Both the position numbers and the translations under genes were made by a program. Of a DNA stretch of 64,000 nucleotides, positions 56,651-64,000 are shown piece after piece. The notes under the pieces were generated by a model. It was not told the DNA's origin, did not search any database, and was given only the letters and a program-made list of their open reading frames with translations. Positions within the stretch are counted from its first letter, which is position 1; each line of letters begins with the position of its first letter. Location: IMG/VR virus record IMGVR_UViG_3300020601_000007, positions 1 to 64,000 of that record; one strand, 5' to 3'. Origin of the DNA: a virus.

Positions 56651-57469
56651 TCACTCCGCTGCTTCGGTCATCGGCTCGGTCCCGCTTGGTGTCAAGTCGA
56701 GCGAACTCGTCGCGGATGATGGAGCGGAGGGTTGCGTAGTCGGGATAGGGGAGTTCAGCGTCAGTTTCGGGCCTATCGGGATTCCCATGATTCGGTGCCG
56801 GTCGATTCCGAACTGCTCCGGGGTCAGGGGTGCTTGCGGTGCTGATTGGCTTTGTAATGCCTGAATCTGCGCCATCACCTGCTGAATCCCTTCCAAGTTT
56901 CCCATCAGTTGCTGAGATTCTGTTGGGGTGATGACATTGTCTGCCATCGCTGCTGAGAGGTTTCCCTGATACATGGCCATCTGTTGTCCAAGAACCACCT
57001 CAAGTTGTGCCTTTTCCTGCTCGAACTTCAATTGTGCCATGCGGCGTCGGTTGGAGTTCCGCATTCGCTTGAGTTGTCGGCGGTGCTGGGAGGAATCCTC
57101 AAACATCGCTCGGTAGATGAAATAGAACGCTGCTTGGACTGAAAACCCAGCGAACCCGTAGAAAATAGCGCTCTCGTATGCAGTGTTGAAGTGGCTCCAT
57201 GTCCAGTTCACATACAGCAGAATACAAAACGCAAGCAAAATTGATTGGAACAACATGGTTCCAAGCAATCGCAACTCGCTCTCTCGCAACTGGTCCCGGT
57301 AGTCCTGCTCTTCGTCACTGACTTCACCCAAAAGGGTGTTCAGGAGCGGGTTGTTCCCAATGATGTCAGGACTGACAACCAATTCGTGCCACCTCCAAAA
57401 GTCCAAGCATTTCAATCCGGTCTGCTGGTTCATGCGTGAAGAGTTCAACCCCTTCGGGGCCCTCCACAA
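56651..57469 (-). CDS. two-TM protein with cytoplasmic coiled coil
   Basis: Two TM helices then a Q/R-rich helix; start uncertain. Confidence 0.65.
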   Translation of the reverse strand: MWRAPKGLNSSRMNQQTGLKCLDFWRWHELVVSPDIIGNNPLLNTLLGEVSDEEQDYRDQLRESELRLLGTMLFQSILLAFCILLYVNWTWSHFNTAYESAIFYGFAGFSVQAAFYFIYRAMFEDSSQHRRQLKRMRNSNRRRMAQLKFEQEKAQLEVVLGQQMAMYQGNLSAAMADNVITPTESQQLMGNLEGIQQVMAQIQALQSQSAPQAPLTPEQFGIDRHRIMGIPIGPKLTLNSPIPTTQPSAPSSATSSLDLTPSGTEPMTEAAE

Positions 57470-57536
57470 TCACCAGAAACCTTGCCTCGGAACCTCGCAG
57501 GGCCCGGATACCTTCCTGTATTTGTTTCACATTCAT

Positions 57537-57815
57537 TCAATTCACCTTGTAGGTTTTGAGGATAACCTGAACATCCTTCATTGAGTCAGAACTGAGATTC
57601 CCCTCCATCACTTCAAACAACTTCATGGCAGTTTTGAGGGATTTGGGAAACCAAAAGAGGTCGTATTTCGGACTTTTCTCGATGGTAATGCCGTTCCCAT
57701 CGAAATTGTATTCCTTCGTGCTGAACCACTCATCGGGGAGTGTCATTTCCCAGTCTCGCGCCTCTTGAAGACCACGGACAGACTTCACCAACTTGACACA
57801 GACTTGATTCGTCAT
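57537..57815 (-). CDS. hypothetical protein
   Basis: ATG just after the thermosome stop. Confidence 0.55.
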   Translation of the reverse strand: MTNQVCVKLVKSVRGLQEARDWEMTLPDEWFSTKEYNFDGNGITIEKSPKYDLFWFPKSLKTAMKLFEVMEGNLSSDSMKDVQVILKTYKVN

Positions 57816-57819
57816 TTGC

Positions 57820-59358
57820 TCACTCTCCGAATTCGTCCGGTTCACGGGCGATGATGATGTTGTCAATACGCAAGAGCATGGACGCCGTGGACGTAGCAGA
57901 CTCAAGAGCGCGTAGAACGACCTTCATCGGCTCCACGACCTTTTCTGCTGCCATGTCGACGACCTCCCCAGTGTAGACGTTGAGGCCTGCGGTCTTGTTG
58001 CCCTCTGCGTGTGCCTTGCGAAGTTCTCGAAGGGTGGCGATAGGCTGCATCTGCCCGCTGTTCTCGGCAAGGGTCAGGGGGATGATTTCCAGTGCATCTG
58101 CGAATGCTTCGACTGCGAGGGACTCAAGTCCACCGACGCTCGTAGCGAATTCACGCAGGCGAATAGCCAACTCAACTTGAGATGCTCCTCCGCCCGCCAG
58201 AACCTTGCCCTCTTTGCGAGCAACGTGAACGACACCGATTGCATCATCCATGGCACGAGCGATTTCTTGGGATGCCTGCTGGGTAGGGGCTTGGACCACG
58301 ATGGAAACAGCGTTCTTGTTTGGTGTTCCTCGTAGCAAAAAGAAACCGCGCTGTCCGTTGGTGGACTCGACCTCTTCAATGGCCTCGCATGTTCCGAGGT
58401 CGTCAGACTCAAGGTCTTCGAGTTCTGCCACGATGAGAGCGTTGGTCGCATCAGAGATGGCCTCAAGGTTGGAGGCGGAACAGCGGCGACAGGCGATGAT
58501 GCCGTTGCGAGCGAAAATTTCAGCAAGGGTCGGGTGAATGTCCTTCATTGTCAGAATAACGTTCGTTCCAAGGTTGGCGATGTGTTCAGCCATGTTGGCG
58601 ATGAGAGTGCGCTGGCGCTGACGGAAGGCTTCGGCTTCTTCTGCACTGTTGAATTGGAGGTTGGTCCCCTTCGCCATGGCAGGTAGGTCAAGAGCACCTT
58701 CAATGAGAGCGATGCGCGCATTGTCAAGGCTGGAAGGCATGGCGCTGTGCATTTTCATTTGACCGACGAGAATGCCGTCAGGAGCATAGGACTCCGAAAC
58801 GGGAGAACCGTAGCGAGAAAGGACATTGATGGAACCCGGTGCAGCCTGCTCGGTTGCCTTCACGCACAGTTCAGCCAGATGTTCTCGTTCCACTTCTGCG
58901 GTTTTCCCTGTCATGGCGGTCATAGCGATGTCCAAGAAATATTCGTCAGCAGGGATGGTCAGGTCCTCGATGATTTCTTGGCACTTAGCAAGGGCGATTT
59001 GGTATCCATTGACGATGGTTGTTGGGTGGACTCGCTTTGCGAGAAGGTCTTCCGCTTGCTTCAGCAGTTCTCCGGTCTTGACAATGGCTGATGTGGTTCC
59101 GTCGTAGCACTCTTCTTCCTGCGTGCGTGCGACTTCCACCATCATTTTTGCAGTGGCGTGCGTGAAGTTCGTTTCTTTCAGGATGGTTGCACCATCATTG
59201 GTGATGACGGTTCGGCCAGTGGCATCGACCAACTGCTTGTCCATCCCCTTTGGTCCAAGTGTTGAGCGAACGAGTTCAGCGACAAATTTGCCGATGCTGA
59301 TGTTCACTTCTTGGGCGGTTTGCTGCTTTTGCTGCTTCGCGTCGGTGGGTTGACTCAT
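57820..59358 (-). CDS. ths: group II chaperonin (thermosome subunit)
   Basis: STLGPKGMDK, TNDGATIL, YDGTTS, GGGASQ, LAENSG, V(V)EP, LLRIDNII. Confidence 0.93.
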   Translation of the reverse strand: MSQPTDAKQQKQQTAQEVNISIGKFVAELVRSTLGPKGMDKQLVDATGRTVITNDGATILKETNFTHATAKMMVEVARTQEEECYDGTTSAIVKTGELLKQAEDLLAKRVHPTTIVNGYQIALAKCQEIIEDLTIPADEYFLDIAMTAMTGKTAEVEREHLAELCVKATEQAAPGSINVLSRYGSPVSESYAPDGILVGQMKMHSAMPSSLDNARIALIEGALDLPAMAKGTNLQFNSAEEAEAFRQRQRTLIANMAEHIANLGTNVILTMKDIHPTLAEIFARNGIIACRRCSASNLEAISDATNALIVAELEDLESDDLGTCEAIEEVESTNGQRGFFLLRGTPNKNAVSIVVQAPTQQASQEIARAMDDAIGVVHVARKEGKVLAGGGASQVELAIRLREFATSVGGLESLAVEAFADALEIIPLTLAENSGQMQPIATLRELRKAHAEGNKTAGLNVYTGEVVDMAAEKVVEPMKVVLRALESATSTASMLLRIDNIIIAREPDEFGE

Positions 59359-59404
59359 GTTTCTCAGAAGGGCCCGTTTGACAAGTGGGCTTAAAGGAAG
59401 CGGC

Positions 59405-59872
59405 TCAAACCGCAATCCAATGAAGGGTCTGACTGCCACTGGCTGCACACAAGAAAATGGATGAACCACGTGTGATTTCAAGGGTCAGCGAACCACCTGC
59501 CGCAATTGGGAAGCCGACGGTTGCTGAAGTCGCTGAATTTCCTACCCGAATGACTTGCCCGTTTCCAGAATCTGCGCTGAGCGTGATGCTACGTTGCGCG
59601 ACAATCGGGATGATTTGATTGTTGGTCCCGCTTGCATAGGCGTCGGAATAATAGTCGTCAAGAGAACGTGCGGTGTTCGTGATGGTCATCGACACGAAGC
59701 CGTATTCAGTCCCTCCTGCACTGCGCAGTGATGGGAACTTCTCAACGCCACTATCTACGGTCTTCAATTTGGCGTAAGCGGAATCAGAATCAACCACGCC
59801 TTCGAGGGGGTAATTGTCAGCCCCACCCGAACTGGGTCCTTTGCGCTTGACGCTTATGGGTTCTCCTGCCAT
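59405..59872 (-). CDS. beta-rich putative virion/spike-base-like protein
   Basis: NGQVIRVG...GFPIAAGGSLTLEI pattern; inference only. Confidence 0.45.
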   Translation of the reverse strand: MAGEPISVKRKGPSSGGADNYPLEGVVDSDSAYAKLKTVDSGVEKFPSLRSAGGTEYGFVSMTITNTARSLDDYYSDAYASGTNNQIIPIVAQRSITLSADSGNGQVIRVGNSATSATVGFPIAAGGSLTLEITRGSSIFLCAASGSQTLHWIAV

Positions 59873-59953
59873 GATGACAATGCAGGGTGCTCTTGCTCTT
59901 GAGTGTTTCTGAACATGGGATGCTTTATGACCACAACGTCAAGAGCGTGCAGC

Positions 59954-60391
59954 ATGAAGGTCGTAAGCCGCCCGGAAGTCAAAGGTCCAACAGGGAACTG
60001 CAAAGCATGTGGGTCAGTGACTCGCTCACACATCCTCGAGAAAGCCACTTATGAGGAATACGAAATCGTCACATCGGAAGAATACGAAGAATACGTTGAC
60101 GACTTTGAAGAGGAAACCGGAGAGGAGGAAATTGAACTCCGATACCGTTTGCTTGACCGTCCGACTGTCATGTGTCATCGTTGCTGGGTTCCCTTCCGAG
60201 AGGCTCAGTGCACTCACCTTGAAGAGCACCTCGAAGAATGGCTGGAGGCCCCGCTGGAACACACTCCAAAAATCAAAGTGTTCCTTGCCCGATGGAAATA
60301 CCACTGCTTTGACGAAATTGCAGACAAAGGCAAAGACAACGTCCGTTCTCTTCGCACTGCCATCAAGGAGGCGATGTTGAATGTCGAATGA
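59954..60391 (+). CDS. zinc-ribbon protein
   Basis: CKAC...CHRC. Confidence 0.6.
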   Translation: MKVVSRPEVKGPTGNCKACGSVTRSHILEKATYEEYEIVTSEEYEEYVDDFEEETGEEEIELRYRLLDRPTVMCHRCWVPFREAQCTHLEEHLEEWLEAPLEHTPKIKVFLARWKYHCFDEIADKGKDNVRSLRTAIKEAMLNVE

Positions 60392-60611
60392 AAAAGCCAT
60401 GGCCATCATTGACGACTGTCGTGCTCGTCTCCAAGAAGCCGGGGTCGAGGATGTCATGATTGCGATGGGCGGGGAGGGCGGGGTTGCTTTCTCCTTCAGT
60501 GGCGCTACGAAGACACTCGCCTACCTCTCAATGTCTGCATGGCTTGAAGTCATGATGTCGTCCATGGCGAGTCAGCATGTGGAATCAGGACCACTGACAG
60601 ATGATATTTGA
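60381..60611 (+). CDS. hypothetical protein
   Basis: GGAGG RBS. Confidence 0.55.
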   Translation: MSNEKAMAIIDDCRARLQEAGVEDVMIAMGGEGGVAFSFSGATKTLAYLSMSAWLEVMMSSMASQHVESGPLTDDI

Positions 60612-60621
60612 GGTTGGTAAC

Positions 60622-61248
60622 ATGGCAAAAGACGAACGAATCAAAGCAAACGAATGGGAGGTCAAAAAGCGGTGCCCGATTTGCAGCGACATCGCTGCGA
60701 ACAAAATCGACCTTGAAGGAGAACAACTGTTTGATGACCCTGAGAAGAAGAAGCCGATGTTCTGTCCCAACATTCTGGACAAAGAAACCGGGCAAATGTG
60801 TGGGCACACCGACATCCGTATTTTCCACGAAATTGGTTCAGTGGAAATCGCACGCACGTCCACGCGTGGGGACACGCAGCCTTGGGCACACATTACGGTT
60901 GTCCGATGCATGTCCTGCGACTGGCGGCATGTTGTCGCCACCAACCCCTGTTTGGGCAACCCGTGGGACGAAGTGATGGGCTTTGCACGCCCGATGGACC
61001 AATCGAAGGAGACCAAGCGCAAGATTCGGTTCTCCAACGAGCAGGCGGTCGGACTGCGAGCGCATGATGAGAAATACGACAAGAAAACGGCTCTCCGGAA
61101 CAAAAGGTATAAGTCCACGCGTAAGGTGCGTAATCATGAGGAGGGTGGAAAGGCATCCCAAGGAACAGAAAGTGAGTTCACCTATGTCCCGACAAAAGAA
61201 GAGAAGCGCCTCCCCCGATTCAGCAAAAACAAAAAGAAAAAGGATTGA
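60622..61248 (+). CDS. zinc-binding basic protein
   Basis: CPIC, CPN...CG, CMSC. Confidence 0.65.
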   Translation: MAKDERIKANEWEVKKRCPICSDIAANKIDLEGEQLFDDPEKKKPMFCPNILDKETGQMCGHTDIRIFHEIGSVEIARTSTRGDTQPWAHITVVRCMSCDWRHVVATNPCLGNPWDEVMGFARPMDQSKETKRKIRFSNEQAVGLRAHDEKYDKKTALRNKRYKSTRKVRNHEEGGKASQGTESEFTYVPTKEEKRLPRFSKNKKKKD

Positions 61249-61430
61249 TTGAGATGGCAAAAGAAATCAAAGAAACGAACATCAGCGTGAGCATGAACTA
61301 CAAAGGACTCGAATTCACCTTGTCCCAGCAAGTCAGCAACTACGAACTCGAAGAGCGACTCGACATTTTGGTCGCTCAAGTCAAGGCGTTGTCTGCTGCC
61401 TCCGCTGGCTTGGCAGACCCCGAAGCCTGA
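61245..61430 (+). CDS. small hypothetical protein
   Basis: Tiled after the previous ORF. Confidence 0.5.
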   Translation: MIEMAKEIKETNISVSMNYKGLEFTLSQQVSNYELEERLDILVAQVKALSAASAGLADPEA

Positions 61431-61431
61431 T

Positions 61432-61779
61432 TCAAGCACGCTTTTTTGCGTAGCGGTATGCCAGCAAAGGCAGACCGATTAAAATCGTCAGATTTACCAC
61501 TGTTTTGGCCACAGCGCCAGCGTTCTCGCTGACCTTTTCCCTGACCTGCTCAACCGGTGTTGGTTTGTCGGGTGGGGCTAACGGGCCAAAGAAACCACTG
61601 GCTGACATGTCTACGCCTTGATACACTCCACCTCGACGCTTCGAGAATGGCGCAGCGCTCTTCTCATATCGGTTGTCGAGAGCGAGACTGTTGAAATCAT
61701 CTGCCCACGTCCTTGACATCGGGTCATGAGCGTGCGGGCTGAACCGTGTGGTCTTACGGTGCATGTCGTCGTGTCCCAC
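61432..61779 (-). CDS. C-terminally anchored membrane protein
   Basis: C-terminal TM and KKR tail. Confidence 0.6.
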   Translation of the reverse strand: MGHDDMHRKTTRFSPHAHDPMSRTWADDFNSLALDNRYEKSAAPFSKRRGGVYQGVDMSASGFFGPLAPPDKPTPVEQVREKVSENAGAVAKTVVNLTILIGLPLLAYRYAKKRA

Positions 61780-61952
61780 GCTCCCACCTCACTTTTGATT
61801 CCTTTCTACCAAAAACATCCCGGTGTGGGCAGCACTGTATCCAAGGAACGCCACTGCGAGACCCCTGCGCCCTCCCTTGAAGTGGTAAGCGGATAGGCCA
61901 AGGCAAGCGGCGGTGACGCTAAGCGTGAGCACCTGAGTGACTGAGAGAGCCA

Positions 61953-62183
61953 TCACCAGAAACCTCCCAAATAGCCCTCAGAATACGCTCGGTGCCTGAA
62001 AGGTGTTCCGGTTTCTTCACCGGAGGATGAGACCCTGTGGGCGTGCTCGTAGAAGTCATTTGAGTTATTAAACGTGACATAAGCGTTGGCTCCCCAAGCA
62101 ACAAGCAAGATGGCCAAGAGCCCGTAGAAAGAAACCATGTCTCTTTCCTCGAGATAGTCGTGGCCGTGGTCAAAATACCCCAT
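61953..62183 (-). CDS. small membrane protein
   Basis: One TM; GGTGA RBS. Confidence 0.55.
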   Translation of the reverse strand: MGYFDHGHDYLEERDMVSFYGLLAILLVAWGANAYVTFNNSNDFYEHAHRVSSSGEETGTPFRHRAYSEGYLGGFW

Positions 62184-62855
62184 TCAAATCACCACCATGT
62201 CTTCTGCGGTCTCAGGGACGAAGCCATCCATCGAATACAGGTTAGCGACTGCACCCTCGAGTTTGATTTCTTCTCGCTTTGCTCCGAATTGCTGTTTCCC
62301 AGTGAAGTGGGAAGGAGCAGAACCGAGACCGACGCTCTGTGCGATACGGCGTCGTAGAGAAGGCGGAGTGGACCTCATGCGGCCAAACATACCAGAGGAG
62401 GCTCCAGTGCGCTCCAGAAGCGTAGGAGCGGCTTCCTTGGGCATCATGGCGTGGGAGGCACTGGTCGATGTGGTCGTGGAGGTGGAAGCGCCGAGGCCTC
62501 CGAGTTCCTTCAGGCGGTCGGCTTGACCGGAGTGCATTTTCGAGGCGGCTTTCAATTCCGTCTGGATTTTCTCCAATTTCTCTTTTTGAGACTTGGACAG
62601 GTGAGCGAGAGAGGAAGCCTTCTCATGCTTTAGCCATGCTTCAGGTCCTTCTGCTGCGATTCCCATGTTGGCCACGCCATTGGTGTAGGATGCGGAATAC
62701 GGAGAAGAGCCTTTGGGGGCAGTGAGTGCTTTGATGAGACTGGTGCCAGCATAATACAAGGCGACAGCACCACAAAGAGAGACGATGGGGTGTTCATCCA
62801 CGAAACGGTCAAGTTCCGATGCGGTCGGGATAATCGTTCCAATAAATTTCACCAT
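62184..62855 (-). CDS. membrane-associated putative virion protein
   Basis: N-proximal TM; GLG motifs. Confidence 0.6.
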   Translation of the reverse strand: MVKFIGTIIPTASELDRFVDEHPIVSLCGAVALYYAGTSLIKALTAPKGSSPYSASYTNGVANMGIAAEGPEAWLKHEKASSLAHLSKSQKEKLEKIQTELKAASKMHSGQADRLKELGGLGASTSTTTSTSASHAMMPKEAAPTLLERTGASSGMFGRMRSTPPSLRRRIAQSVGLGSAPSHFTGKQQFGAKREEIKLEGAVANLYSMDGFVPETAEDMVVI

Positions 62856-63280
62856 CAGTTATCACTCCTAAAGGGGTCGTTGCTTTGCTGGTAGAGGTAA
62901 TATCCGCCAGCCCCACCACCGAACACAAGCGCACCAATCCCAGCAGCAAGTGCTGCTTTCTTCAGGGTGTAGGTGTTCAGTCGAGTGGAAAGGGAGGGGG
63001 CTGCCATGATGAGGATGAGACCAAGAAGCGCTCCACCGGCACCGATGGCACCGACTTGAGGAGCATTGAGGGCACCAAGGCCACTCATCTGACGATATGT
63101 CAGGTAGTCGTGAACGGCGTTCAATCGGTCATCTGCCGTAGCAACGTATGTTTGTGCCCACTCATCCACTTTGGTTTCAGGGCCGACGATGTCTTTCAAG
63201 CGAGATGCATTCGCATCTATGGAGCGTATTTGTGAGCGGACCATGTAGTTTGAGTGGCGGCTCAAACACGTCCCCTCCAC
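62855..63280 (-). CDS. membrane-associated putative virion protein
   Basis: Helical domain, GLGA, two TM. Confidence 0.6.
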   Translation of the reverse strand: MEGTCLSRHSNYMVRSQIRSIDANASRLKDIVGPETKVDEWAQTYVATADDRLNAVHDYLTYRQMSGLGALNAPQVGAIGAGGALLGLILIMAAPSLSTRLNTYTLKKAALAAGIGALVFGGGAGGYYLYQQSNDPFRSDN

Positions 63281-63750
63281 AACTTCTGAACGCCTGACAG
63301 ACCGGCGAAGACAGAAGCCCCAGTGTGGAGGTCAACAAGAGAGGACGGTGCTGGCTTCGCAATCGGTTGCTCTCCGTATCGTTGACGCATAGGGGCCGTT
63401 CCGGTCTTGTCAAAGAACGCTGACTCATAGGCTTGTGGGGTTGGTTTTGTTGGAGTCTTGAAACGGGTGTCAACATACAGGGAAGGGTTTCGGATGGGTG
63501 CAGCGTTCAAGTGCTGGGTGTCCCTGTAAAAATCACCCTTGTATTGCCCCTCATCGGGGGATGGAGCATAGGCACGGCCAAGGTTGCCGAGAGCCGCATC
63601 ACCGTATAGGATGCGTCGGTAGTTTCGCCCGATGAAATTGCTCGTGCCTTCAAGGACCATTGGGATAATAACTGCTCCAGAAAGAGCGGCCCACAGGATG
63701 TCTCGGTCAGCAAGTCGAAGCAACGGATGTTTATACGCCATTTTCATCAC
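63262..63750 (-). CDS. membrane-associated hypothetical protein
   Basis: N-proximal hydrophobic segment. Confidence 0.6.
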   Translation of the reverse strand: MMKMAYKHPLLRLADRDILWAALSGAVIIPMVLEGTSNFIGRNYRRILYGDAALGNLGRAYAPSPDEGQYKGDFYRDTQHLNAAPIRNPSLYVDTRFKTPTKPTPQAYESAFFDKTGTAPMRQRYGEQPIAKPAPSSLVDLHTGASVFAGLSGVQKLWRGRV

Positions 63751-64000
63751 CCATCAAAGGAAACCCGCTTCAGCCGACGGACTTCTGCACTATAAATCTG
63801 AACAGTCGGATTGTTGTCAGCAGGCGTTGTGAGGTTGCCGAAGGAAGTTCCGTTGTTATTCGTGTCAGTCGGACCGGCTGTGGTGTTTGTCGGGTCATAG
63901 TTTTGAAACACCATCGTTGGTGGCGGTGATGCAAGACCCGGAGCAACCGTCACTTTGCAGACGCCAGTGTATGCTGAGCCCCCGTTTGCTGCAAAACGTG
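63747..64000 (-). CDS. partial hypothetical protein (Thr/Asn/Pro-rich)
   Basis: Frame appears open to the right edge. Confidence 0.4.
   Translation of the reverse strand, partial: RFAANGGSAYTGVCKVTVAPGLASPPPTMVFQNYDPTNTTAGPTDTNNNGTSFGNLTTPADNNPTVQIYSAEVRRLKRVSFDG

Overview
This gene-dense window most likely comes from a large archaeal virus or extrachromosomal element; the origin is inferred and no capsid gene is recognisable. Archaeal signs are a single-domain Rpo5, a group II chaperonin, PriS primase, tRNA-Arg(GCG), TATA boxes and GGAGG/GGTGA ribosome-binding sites. The window has two halves. LEFT (1 to ~31.3 kb): about 48 co-oriented minus-strand genes, mostly ORFans plus PriS, a Ycf46-like AAA ATPase, DUF1257, DUF2997 and a radical SAM enzyme. 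About 39 of them start with GTG inside one recurrent junction: a hairpin that often holds the upstream stop, then A(A/T)TC, then a second hairpin beginning at the G of GTG. The left half also has repeated structured-RNA-like elements with covariation, six ORFs sharing a 16-aa leader, four copies of a TATA/operator promoter-like repeat and terminator-like hairpins. RIGHT (~31.4-64 kb): Rpo5, RNase HI, an unsplit divergent RNA polymerase largest subunit, family B DNA polymerase, intact and degenerate serine recombinases, an adenine MTase, a tRNA, GIY-YIG-like and Cas4/RecB-like nucleases, a small GTPase, a thermosome and many small membrane or possibly virion proteins. Many starts were moved from the ORF track to the motif GTG. 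All counts, folds and family calls were made by eye, without database searches.
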